A DNA stretch of 63,870 nucleotides from the NCBI GenBank assembly GCA_002189035.1, contig NEEC01000222.1, positions 1 through 63,870 on the forward strand, read 5' to 3'. Positions 38,401 to 51,288 of this stretch are shown piece after piece. Position numbers and translations under genes: made by a program. The notes under the pieces are model-generated. The model was given only the letters and a program-made list of their open reading frames with translations, made no database searches and had not been told where the DNA came from. How positions within the stretch are numbered: the first letter of the stretch is position 1; every line of letters begins with the position of its first letter. The stretch is from Utricularia gibba (lineage: Eukaryota; Plantae; Magnoliophyta).

Positions 38401-41400
38401 ATTCTGTATGGCTCATGGGGTCAAAAGGATGCAAATCGATGAATACAATGATGCATTTGTTTCAATTACGATATCACGTGCACCCCACATGATTTTTTCG
38501 ACAACTTACTTTATACATGGGAGGCGGTCTTGGGGGTACCTGGAACCGGAAAATGGTCAGCTTAGGCTTGGGCCGATAGTAAGTTGTAGCCCGGCAAAGA
38601 AAGTGATGTATTTATTATCGTTCGGTTTTCGGGGTTCCTACATGGTTTTTCAAGGAACATCTTCTCGTTTTGTGGGCCAGTCTCGCTGGGAACTTTGTCC
38701 TGGACCCCGATTCTGTATGGCTCATGGGTCAAACGATTTGTTTAAATTACGATATCACGTGCACCCTACATGATTTTTTCAACAACTTACTTTATACTTG
38801 AGGAGGTGGTCTTGGGGGGCAAGAGGAACCAGACAAAGGTCATATTAGGCTTGGGCCGAAAGTAAGTTGTAGCCCGGCAAAGAAAGTGATGTATTTTTAA
38901 CGTTCGGTTTTCAGGGTTGCCTACATGGTTTTCCAAGGAAAAGCTTTTCGTTTTGTGGCGGCCTCTCGCTGGGCACTTGGTCCGGGCCCCTGATTCTTTA
39001 TGGCTCATGAGGACAAAAGGATGCAAATCGATGAAAATAATGATGCATTTGTTTAAATTACGATGTCGCGTGCACCCCAATGATTTTTTAACAACATACT
39101 TTATACATGAGGAGGCGGTCTTGGGGGCACTTGGAACCGGAAAAGATCAGCTTAGGCTTGGGCCGAAAGTAAGTTGTAGCCCGGCAAAGAAAGTGATGTA
39201 TTTATTATCGTTCGGTTTTCGGGGGCTTCCTACATGGTTTTTCAAGGAACATCTTCTCGTTTTGTGGCGGCAGTCTCGCTGGGAACTTGGTCCTTGACCC
39301 GATTCTGTATGGCTCATGGGGTCAACCGGATGCAAATCGATGAAAAAAAATGATGCATTTGTTTAAATTACGATATCACGTGCACCCCACATGATTTTTT
39401 CAACAACTTACTTTATACTTGAGGAGGCGGTCTTAGGGCACCTGAACGGAAAAGGTCAGCTTGGCTTGGCCGAAGTTAAGTTGTAGCCCGACAAAGAAAG
39501 TGATGTATTTATTATCGTTCGGTTTTTGGGGTTGCCTACATGGTTTTTCAAGGAACATCTTCTCGTTTTGTGGCAGCCAGTCTCGCTGGGATTTGTCCTG
39601 GACCCCGATTCTGTATGGCTCATGGGGTCAAAAGGATGCAAATCGATGAATACAATGATGCATTTGTTTAATTACGATATCACGTGCACCCCACATGATT
39701 TTTTCGACAACTTACTTTATACATGGGGAGGTCTTGGGGGGTACCTGGAACCGGAAAATGGTCAGCTTAGGCTTGGGCCGATAGTAAGTTGTAGCCCGGC
39801 AAAGAAAGTGATGTATTTATTAACGTTCGGTTTTCGGGGTTGCCTACATGGTTTTTCAAGGAACATCTTCCGTTTTGTGGTGGCTAGTCTCGCTGGGAAC
39901 TTTGTCCTGGACCCGATTCTTATGTCTTATGAGGTCAACCGGATGCAAATCGATGAAAAAAAATTGATGCATTTGTTTAAATTACGATATCACGTGCACC
40001 CTACATGATTTTTTCAACAACTTACTTTATACTTGAGGAGGTGGTCTTGGGGGGCAAGAGGAACCAGACAACGGTCATATTAGGCTTGGGCCGAAAGTAA
40101 GTTAGCCCGGCAAAGAAAGTGATGTATTTATTAACGTTCGGTTTTCAGGGTTGCCTACATGGTTTTCCAAGGAAAAGCTTTTCGTTTTGTGGCGGCCGCT
40201 CTCGCAGGGCACTTGGTCCGGGCCCCTGATTCTTTATGGCTCATGAGGACAAAAGGATGCAAATCGATGAAAATAATGATGCATTTGTTTAAATTACGAT
40301 GTCGCGTGCACCCCAAATGATTTTTTTAACAACATACTTTATACATGAGGAGGCGGTCTTGGGGGCACTTGGAACCGGAAAAAGATCAGCTTAGGCTTGG
40401 GCCGAAAGTAAGTTGTAGCCCGGCAAAGAAAGTGATGTATTTATTATCGTTCGGTTTTTGGGGTTGCCTACATGGTTTTTCAAGGAACATCTTCTCGTTT
40501 TGTGGTGGCTAGTCTCGCTGGGAACTTGGTCCTTGACCCCGATTCTGTATGGCTCATGGGGTCAACGGATGCAAATCGAAGAAAAAAAATGATGCATTTG
40601 TTTAAATTACGATATCACGTGCACCCTACATGATTTTTTCGACAACTTACTTTATACATGGGGAGGCGGTCTTGGGGGGTACTGGAACCGGAAAATGGTC
40701 AGCGTAGGCTTGGGCCGATAGTAAGTTGTAGCCCGACAAATAAAGTATGTATTTATTATCGTTCGGTTTTCGGGCTGCCTAAATGCTTTTTGAAGAACAT
40801 CTTCTCGTTTTATGGCGGCCAGTCTCGCTGGGAACTTGGTCCTTGACCCTGGTTCTGTATGGCTCATGGGGTCAACCGGATGCAAATCGATGAAAAAAAA
40901 ATGATGCATTTGTTTAAATTGCGATATCACGTGCACCCACATGATTTTTTCAACAACTTACTTTATACTTGAGGAGGCGATCTTAGGGTGCACCTCGAAC
41001 AGGACAAAGGTAAGGTTTGGCTTGCGCCAAGAGTTAGTTGTAGCCCGACAAAGAAAGTGATGTATTTATTATCGTTCGGTTTTTGGGGTTGCCTACATGG
41101 TTTTTCAAGGAACATCTTCTCGTTTTGTGGCAGCCAGTCTCGCTGGGAGCTTTGTCCTGGACCCCGATTCTGTATGGCTCATGGGTCAAAAGGATGCAAA
41201 TCGATGAATACAATGATGCATTTGTTTCAATTACGATATCACGTGCACCCCACATGATTTTTTCGACAACTTACTTTATACATGGGGAGGCGGTCTTGGG
41301 GGGTACCTGGAACCGGAAAATGGTCAGCTTAGGCTTGGGCCGATAGTAAGTTGTAGCCGGCAAAGAAAGTGATGTATTTATTATCGTTCGGTTTTCGGGG

Positions 41401-44400
41401 GCTTCCTACATGGTTTTTCAAGGAACATCTTCTCGTTTTGTGGCAGCCAGTCTCGCTGGGAGCTTTGTCCTGGACCCCGATTCTGTATGGCTCATGGGGT
41501 CAAAAGGATGCAAATCGATGAAAACAATGATGCATTTGTTTAAATTACGATATCACGTGCACCCCACATGATTTTTTCGACAACTTACTTTATACATGGG
41601 GAGGCGGTCTTGGGGGTACCTGGAACCGGAAAATGGTCAGCTTAGGCTTGGGCCGAAGTAAGTTGTAGCCCGGCAAAGAAAGTGATGTATTTATTATCGT
41701 TCGGTTTTCGGGGTTGCCTACATGGTTTTTCAAGGAACATCTTCCGTTTTGTGGTGGCTAGTCTCGCTGGGAACTTGTCCTGGACCCCGATTCTGTATGG
41801 CTCATGGGGTCAAAAGGATGCAAATCGATGAAACAATGATGCATTTGTTTAATTACGATATCACGTGCACCCACATGATTTTTTCGACAACTTACTTTAT
41901 ACATGGGGAGGCGGTCTTGGGGGGTACCTGGAACCGGAAAATGGTCAGCTTAGGCTTGGGCCGATAGTAAGTTGTAGCCCGGCAAAGAAAGTGATGTATT
42001 TATTAACGTTCGGTTTTCGGGGTTGCCTACATGGTTTTTCAAGGAAAGCTTTTCGTTTGTGGTGGCTAGTCTCGCTGGGAACTTTGTCCTGGACCCGATT
42101 CTTATGGCCAACCGGATGCAAATCGATGAAAAAATGATGCATTTGTTTAAATTACGATATCACGTGCACCCTACATGATTTTTTCAACAACTTACTTTAT
42201 ACTTGAGGAGGTGGTCTTGGGGGGGAACCAGACAACGGTCATATTAGGCTTGGGCCGAAAGTAAGTTGTAGCCCGGCAAAGAAAGTGATGTATTTATTAA
42301 CGTTCGGTTTTCAGGGTTGCCTACATGGTTTTCCAAGGAAAAGCTTTCGTTTTGTGGCGGCCGTCTCGCAGGGCACTTGGTCCGGGCCCCTGATTCTTTA
42401 TGGCTCATGAGGACAAAAGGATGCAAATCGATGAAAATAATGATGCATTTGTTTAAATTACGATGTCGCGTGCACCCCAAATGATTTTTTAACAACATAC
42501 TTTATACATGAGGAGGCGGTCTTGGGGGCACTTGGAACCGGAAAAAGGTCAGCTTAGGCTTGGGCCGAAAGTAAGTTGTAGCCCGGCAAAGAAAGTGATG
42601 TATTTATTATCGTTCGGTTTTCGGGGGCTTCCTACATGGTTTTTCAAGGAACATCTTCTCGTTTTGGCGGCCAGTCTCGCTGGGAACTTGGTCCTTGACC
42701 CTGGTTCTGTATGGCTCATGGGGTCAACCGGATGCAAATCGATGAAAAAAATGATGCATTTGTTTAAATTACGATATCACGTGCACCCACATGATTTTTT
42801 CAACAACTTACTTTATACTTGAGGAGGCGGTCTTGGGGCACCTGAACAGGACAAAGGTAAGGTTTGGCTTGGCCAAGAGTTAGTTGTAGCCCGACAAAGA
42901 AAGTGATGTATTTATTATCGTTCGGTTTTTGGGGTTGCCTACATGGTTTTTCAAGGAACATCTTCTCGTTTTGTGGCGCCAGTCTCGCTGGGAGGTCCTG
43001 GACCCCGATTCTGTATGGCTCATGGGGTCAAAAGATGCAAATCGATGAATACAATGATGCATTTGTTTAATTACGATATCACGTGCACCCACATGATTTT
43101 TCGAAACTTACTTTATACATGGGGAGGCGGTCTTGGGGGGTACCTGGAACCGGAAAATGGTCAGCTTAGGCTTGGGCCGATAGTAAGTTGTAGCCCGGCA
43201 AAGAAAGTGATGTATTTATTATCGTTCGGTTTTCGGGGGCTTCCTACATGGTTTTTCAAGGAACATCTTCTCGTTTTGTGGCGCCAGTCTCGCTGGGAAC
43301 TTTGTCCTGGACCCGATTCTGTATGGCTCATGGGGTCAAAGATGCATTTGTTTAAATTACGATATCACGTGCACCCTACATGATTTTTTCAACAACTTAC
43401 TTTATATTTGAGGAGGTGGTCTTGGGGGGCAAGAGAACCAGACAACGGTCATATTAGGCTTGGGCCGAAAGTAAGTTGTAGCCCGGCAAAGAAAGTGATG
43501 TATTTATTAACGTTCGGTTTTCGGGTTGCCTACATGGTTTTTCCAAGGAAAAGCTTTTCGTTTTTGGCGGCGCTCTCGCTGGGCACTTGGTCCGGGCCCC
43601 TGATTCTTTATGGCTCATGAGGACAAAAGGATGCAAATCGATGAAAATAATGATGCATTTGTTTAAATTACGATGTCGCGTGCACCCCAAATGATTTTTT
43701 AACAACATACTTTATACATGAGGAGGCGGTCTGGGGGGCACTTGGAACCGGAAAAAGATCAGCTTAGGCTTGGGCCGAAAGTAAGTTGTAGCCCGGCAAA
43801 GAAAGTGATGTATTTATTATCGTTCGGTTTTCGGGGGCCTACATGGTTTTTCAAGGAACATCTTCGTTTTGTGGCGGCCAGTCTCGCTGGGAACTTGGTC
43901 CTTGACCCTGGTTCTGTATGGCTCATGGGGTCAACCGGATGCAAATCGATGAAAAAAAATGATGCATTTGTTTAAATTACGATATCACGTGCACCCCACA
44001 TGATTTTTTCACAACTTACTTTATACTTGAGGAGGTGGGTGCACCTGAACAGGACAAAGGTTTGGCTTGCAAGAGTAGTTGTAGCCCGACAAAGAAAGTG
44101 ATGTATTTATTATCGTTCGGTTTTTGGGGTTGCCTACATGGTTTTTCAAGGAACATCTTCTCGTTTTGGGCAGCCAGTCTCGCTGGGAACTTTGTCCTGG
44201 ACCCCGATTCTGTATGGCTCATGGGGTCAAAAGGATGCAAATCGATGAATACAATGATGCATTTGTTTCAATTACGATATCACGTGCACCCCACATGATT
44301 TTTTCGACAACTTACTTTATACATGGGGAGGCGGTCTTGGGGGGTACCTGGAACCGGAAAATGGTCAGCTTAGGCTTGGGCCGATAGTAAGTTGTAGCCC

Positions 44401-47400
44401 GGCAAAGAAAGTGATGTATTTATTATCGTTCGGTTTTCGGGGGTTCCTACATGGTTTTTCAAGGAACATCTTCTCGTTTTGTGGCAGCCAGTCTCGCTGG
44501 GAGCTTTGTCCTGGACCCCGATTCTGTATGGCTCATGGGGTCAAGATGCATTTGTTTAAATTACGATATCACGTGCACCCTACATGATTTTTTCAACAAC
44601 TTACTTTATACATGAGGAGGTGGTCTTGGGGCAAGAGGAACCAGACAACGGTCATATTAGGCTTGGGCCGAAAGTAAGTTGTAGCCCGGCAAAGAAAGTG
44701 ATGTATTTATTAACGTTCGGTTTTCAGGGTTGCCTACATGGTTTTCCAAGGAAAAGCTTTTCGTTTTGTGGCGGCTGCTCTCGCTGGCACTTGGTCCGGG
44801 CCCCTGATTCTTTATGGCTCATGAGGACAAAAGGATGCAAATCGATGAATAATGATGCATTTGTTTAAATTACGATGTCGCGTGCACCCCAAATGATTTT
44901 TTAACAACATACTTTACATGAGGAGGCGGTCTTGGGGGGCACTTGGAACCGGAAAAAGATCAGCTTAGGCTTGGGCGAAGTAAGTTGTAGCCCGGCAAAG
45001 AAAGTGATGTATTTATTATCGTTCGGTTTTCGGGGTTCCTACATGGTTTTTCAAGGAACATCTTCTCGTTTTGTGGCGGCCAGTCTCGCTGGGAACTTGG
45101 TCCTGACCCTGATTCTGTATGGCTCATGGGTCAACCGGATGCAAATCGATGAAAAAAATGATGCATTTGTTTAAATTACGATATCACGTGCACCCACATG
45201 ATTTTTTCAACAACTTACTTTATACTGAGGAGGCGGTCTTGGGCGAACAGGAAAAGGTCAGGTTGGCTTGGGCCGATAGTAAGTTGTAGCCCGGCAAAGA
45301 AAGTGATGTATTTATTATCGTTCGGTTTTCGGGTTCCTACATGGTTTTTCAAGGAACATCTTCTCGTTTTGTGGCGCCAGTCTCGCTGGGAACTTTGTCC
45401 TGGACCCGATTCTGTATGGCTCATGGGGTCAAATGATGCATTTGTTTAAATTACGATATCACGTGCACCCTACATGATTTTTTCAACAACTTACTTTATA
45501 TTTGAGGAGGCGGTCTTGGGGGGCAAGAGGAACAGACAACGGTCATATTAGGCTTGGGCCGAAAGTAAGTTGTAGCCCGGCAAAGAAAGTGATGTATTTA
45601 TTAACGTTCGGTTTTCGGGTTGCCTACATGGTTTTCCAAGGAAAAGCTTTTCGTTTTGTGGCGGCTGCTCTCGCTGGGACTTGGTCCGGCCCCTGATTCT
45701 TTATGGCTCATGAGGACAAAAGGATGCAAATCGATGAAAATAATGATGCATTTGTTTAAATTACGATGTCACGTGCACCCCAAATGATTTTTTAACAACA
45801 TACTTTATACATGAGGAGGCGGTCTTGGGGGCACTTGGAACCGGAAAAAGATCAGCTTAGGCTTGGGCCGAAAGTAAGTTGTAGCCCGGCAAAGAAAGTG
45901 ATGTATTTATTATCGTTCGGTTTTCGGGGTTCCTACATGGTTTTTCAAGGAACATCTTCTCGTTTTGTGGCGGCCAGTCTCGCTGGGAACTTGGTCCTTG
46001 ACCCTTTCTGTATGGCTCATGGGGTCAACCGGATGCAAATCGATGAAAAAAAAATGATGCATTTGTTTAAATTACGATATCACGTGCACCCCACATGATT
46101 TTTTCAACAACTTACTTTATACTGAGGAGGCGGTCTTGGGTGCACCTGAACAGGACAAAGGTCAGGTTTGGCTTGGCCGAGTTAGTTGTAGCCCGACAAA
46201 GAAAGTGATGTATTTATTATCGTTCGGTTTTTGGGGTTGCCTACATGGTTTTTCAAGGAACATCTTCTCGTTTTGTGGCAGCCAGTCTCGCTGGGAGCTT
46301 TGTCCTGGACCCCGATTCTGTATGGCTCATGGGGTCAAAAGGATGCAAATCGATGAATACAATGATGCATTTGTTTAATTACGATATCACGTGCACCCCA
46401 CATGATTTTTTCGACAACTTACTTTATACATGGGGAGGCGGTCTTGGGGGTACCTGGAACCGGAAAATGGTCAGCTTAGGCTTGGGCCGATAGTAAGTTG
46501 TAGCCCGGCAAAGAAAGTGATGTATTTATTATCGTTCGGTTTTCGGGGGCTTCCTACATGGTTTTTCAAGGAACATCTTCTCGTTTTGTGGCAGCCAGTC
46601 TCGCTGGGAACTTTGTCCTGGACCCCGATTCTGTATGGCTCATGGGGTCAAATAGATGCATTTGTTTAAATTACGATATCACGTGCACCCTACATGATTT
46701 TTTCAACAACTTACTTTATACTTGAGGAGGTGGTCTTGGGGGGCAAGAGAACCAGACAACGGTCATTTAGGCTTGGGCCGAAAGTAAGTTGTAGCCCGGC
46801 AAAGAAAGTGATGTATTTATTAACGTTCGGTTTTGGGTTGCCTACATGGTTTTTCCAAGGAAAAGCTTTTCGTTTTGTGGCGGCCGCTCTCGCTGGGCAC
46901 TTGGTCCGGGCCCCTGATTCTTTATGGCTCATGAGGACAAAAGATGCAAATCGATGAAAATAATGATGCATTTGTTTAAATTACGATGTCGCGTGCACCC
47001 CAAATGATTTTTTAACAACATACTTTATACATGAGGAGGCGGTCTTGGGGGGCACTTGGAACCGGAAAAAGATCAGCTTAGGCTTGGGCGAAAGTAAGTT
47101 GTAGCCCGGCAAAGAAAGTGATGTATTTATTATCGTTCGGTTTTCGGGGGCTTCCTACATGGTTTTTCAAGGAACATCTTCTCGTTTTGGCGGCCAGTCT
47201 CGCTGGGAACTTGGTCCTTGACCCTGGTTGTATGGCTAATGGGTCAACCGGATGCAAATCGATGAAAAAAAATGATGCATTTGTTTAAATTACGATATCA
47301 CGTGCACCCCACATGATTTTTTCAACAACTTACTTTATACTTGAGGAGGCGATCTTGGGTGCACCTCGAACAGGACAAAGGTAAGGTTTGGCTTGCGCCA

Positions 47401-50352
47401 AGTTAGTTGTAGCCCGACAAAGAAAGTGATGTATTTATTATCGTTCGGTTTTGGGTTGCCTACATGGTTTTTCAAGGAACATCTTCTCGTTTTGTGGCGC
47501 CAGTCTCGCTGGGACTTTGGTCCTGGACCCCGATTCTGTATGGCTCATGGGGTCAAAAGGATGCAAATCGATGAATACAATGATGCATTTGTTTAATTAC
47601 GATATCACGTGCACCCCACATGATTTTTTCGACAACTTACTTTATACATGGGGAGGCGGTCTTGGGGGGTACCTGGAACCGGAAAAGGTCAGCTTAGGCT
47701 TGGGCCGATAGTAAGTTGTAGCCCGGCAAAGAAAGTGATGTATTTATTATCGTTCGGTTTACGGGGGCTTCCTACATGGTTTTTCAAGGAACATCTTCTC
47801 GTTTTGTGGCAGCCAGTCTCGCTGGGAACTTTGTCCTGGACCCCGATTCTGTATGGCTCATGGGGTCAACAATGATGCATTTGTTTAAATTACGATATCA
47901 CGTGCACCCTACATGATTTTTTCAACAACTTACTTTATACTTGAGGAGGTGGTCTTGGGGGGCAAGAGGAACCAGACAACGGTCATATTAGGCTTGGGCC
48001 GAAAGTAAGTTGTAGCCCGGCAAAGAAAGTGATGTATTTATTAACGTTCGGTTTTAGGGTTGCCTACATGGTTTTCCAAGGAAAAGCTTTTCGTTTTGTG
48101 GCGGCTGCTCTCGCTGGGCACTTGTCCGGGCCCCTGATTCTTTATGGCTCATGAGGACAAAAGATGCAAATCGATGAAAATAATGATGCATTTGTTTAAA
48201 TTACGATATCGCGTGCACCCCAAATGATTTTTTCAAACATACTTTATACATGAGGAGGCGGTCTTGGGGGGCACTGGAACCGGAAAAAGATCAGCTTAGG
48301 CTTGGGCGAAAGTAAGTTGTAGCCCGGCAAAGAAAGTGATGTATTTATTATCGTTCGGTTTCGGGGGCTTCCTACATGGTTTTTCAAGGAATCTTCTCGT
48401 TTTATGGCGGCCAGTCTCGCTGGGAACTTGGTCCTTGACCCTGGTTCTGTATGGCTAATGGGGTCAACCGGATGCAAATCGATGAAAAAAAATGATGCAT
48501 TTGTTTAAATTGCGATATCACGTGCACCCCACATGATTTTTTCAACAACTTACTTTATACTTGAGGAGGCGATCTTAGGGGCACCTCGAACAGGACAAAG
48601 GTAAGGTTTGGCTTGCGCCAAGAGTTAGTTGTAGCCCGACAAAGAAAGTGATGTATTTATTATCGTTCGGTTTTTGGGGTTGCCTACATGGTTTTTCAAG
48701 GAACATCTTCTCGTTTTGTGGCAGCCAGTCTCGCTGGGAGCTTTGTCCTGGACCCCGATTCTGTATGGCTCATGGGGTCAAAAGGATGCAAATCGATGAA
48801 TACAATGATGCATTTGTTTCAATTACGATATCACGTGCACCCCACATGATTTTTTCGACAACTTACTTTATACATGGGGAGGCGGTCTTGGGGGTACCTG
48901 GAACCGGAAAATGGTCAGCTTAGGCTTGGGCCGATAGTAAGTTGTAGCCCGGCAAAGAAAGTGATGTATTTATTATCGTTCGGTTTACGGGGTTCCTACA
49001 TGGTTTTTCAAGGAACATCTTCTCGTTTTGTGGCGCCAGTCTCGCTGCTTTGTCCTGGACCCCGATTCTGTATGGCTCATGGGGTCAAATGAATGCATTT
49101 GTTTAAATTACGATATCACGTGCACCCTACATGATTTTTTCAACAACTTACTTTATACTTGAGGAGGTGGTCTTGGGGGGCAAGAGGAACCAGACAACGG
49201 TCATATTAGGCTTGGGCCGAAAGTAAGTTGTAGCCCGGCAAAGAAAGTGATGTATTTATTAACGTTCGGTTTTCGGGTTGCCTACATGGTTTTCCAAGGA
49301 AAAGCTTTTCGTTTTGTGGCGGCCGCTCTCGCTGGGCACTTGGTCCGGGCCCCTGATTCTTTATGGCTCATGAGGACAAAAGGATGCAAATCGATGAAAA
49401 TAATGATGCATTTGTTTAAATTACGATGTCACGTGCACCCCAAATGATTTTTTAACAACTACTTTATACATGAGGAGGCGGTCTTGGGGGGCACTTGGAG
49501 GAAAAAGATCAGCTTAGGCTTGGCGAAAGTAAGTTGTAGCCCGGCAAAGAAAGTGATGTATTTATTATCGTTCGGTTTTCGGGGTTCCTACATGGTTTTT
49601 CAAGGAACTTCTTCTCGTTTTATGGCGGCCAGTCTCGCTGGGAACTTGGTCCTTGACCCTGATTCTGTATGGCTCATGGGTCAACCGGATGCAAATCGAT
49701 GAAAAAAATGATGCATTTGTTTAAATTGCGATATCACGTGCACCCCACATGATTTTTTCAACAACTTACTTTATACTTGAGGAGGCGATCTTGGGTGCAC
49801 CTCGAACAGGACAAAGGTCAGGTTAGGCTTGGGCCGAAGTAAGTTGTAGCCCGGCAAAGAAAGTGATGTATTTATTATCGTTCGGTTTTCGGGGTTGCCT
49901 ACATGGTTTTTCAAGGAACATCTTCTCGTTTTGTGGCAGCCAGTCTCGCTGGGAGCTTTGTCCTGGACCCCGATTCTGTATGGCTCATGGGGTCAAAAGG
50001 ATGCAAATCGATGAATACAATGATGCATTTGTTTCAATTACGATATCACGTGCACCCCACATGATTTTTTCGACAACTTACTTTATACATGGGGAGGCGG
50101 TCTTGGGGTACCTGGAACCGGAAAATGGTCAGCTTAGGCTTGGGCCGATAGTAAGTTGTAGCCCGGCAAAGAAAGTGATGTATTTATTATCGTTCGGTTT
50201 TCGGGGGCTTCCTACATGGTTTTTCAAGGAACATCTTCTCGTTTTGTGGCGCCAGTCTCGCTGGGAGCTTTGTCCTGGACCCGATTCTGTATGGCTCATG
50301 GGGTCAAATACATTGATGCATTTGTTTAAATTACGATATCACGTGCACCCTA
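23405..50352. repeat. 4-mer-dominated HOR domain (A-B-C-D, ~1.20-1.25 kb) with two embedded 7-mers (29572-31746, 40004-42173) and two 3-mers (34180-35082, 44583-45472)
   Basis: A-type marker at ~1.2-kb spacing (23459, 24687, 25922, 27167, 28387, 29627, ...). Example unit 24633-25867 (1235 bp). The terminal D usually carries an ~18-bp deletion. Confidence 0.85.
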
Positions 50353-51288
50353 CATGATTTTTTCAACAACTTACTTTATATTTGAGGAGGTGGTCTTGGG
50401 GCAAGAGGAACCAGACAACGGTCATATTAGGCTTGGGCCGAAAGTAAGTTGTAGCCCGGCAAAGAAAGTGATGTATTTATTAACGTTCGGTTTTCAGGGT
50501 TGCCTACATGGTTTTCCAAGGAAAAGCTTTTCGTTTTGTGGCGGCTGCTCTCGCTGGGCACTTGGTCCGGGCCCCTGATTCTTTATGGCTCATGAGGACA
50601 AAAGTATGCAAATCGATGAAAATAATGATGCATTTGTTTAAATTACGATGTCGCGTGCACCCCAAATGATTTTTTAACAACATACTTTATACATGAGGAG
50701 ACGTCTTGGGGGCACTTGGAACCGGAAAAAGATCAGCTTAGGCTTGGGACGAAAGTAAGTTGTAGCCCGGCAAAGAAAGTGATGTATTTATTATCGTTCG
50801 GTTTACGGGGGCTTCCTACATGGTTTTTCAAGGAACATCTTCTCGTTTTGTGGCAGCCAGTCTCGCTGGGAGCTTTGTCCTGGACCCCGATTCTGTATGG
50901 CTCATGGGGTCAAAAGGATGCAAATCGATGAATACAATGATGCATTTGTTTCAATTACGATATCACGTGCACCCCACATGATTTTTTCGACAACTTACTT
51001 TATACATGGAGGCGGTCTTGGGGGGTACCTGGAACCGGAAAATGGTCAGCTTAGGCTTGGGCCGATAGTAAGTTGTAGCCCGGCAAAGAAAGTGATGTAT
51101 TTATTAACGTTCGGTTTTCGGGGTTGCCTACATGGTTTTTCAAGGAACATCTTCCCGTTTTGTGGTGGCTAGTCTCGCTGGGAACTTTGTCCTGGACCTC
51201 GATTCTTATGTCTTATGAGGTCAACCGGATGCAAATCGATGAAAAAAATTGATGCATTTGTTTAAATTACGATATCACGTGCACCCTA
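50353..51288. repeat. Junction 3-mer (A, B/D1 hybrid, D3) between the 4-mer and 6-mer domains
   Basis: The monomer has a B-type head (GCACTTGGAACCGGAAAAAGATCAG at 50712) but a D1/C-type tail (GTGGCAGCC...GAATACAATG...TTTCAATT), and C is absent. Confidence 0.75.
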
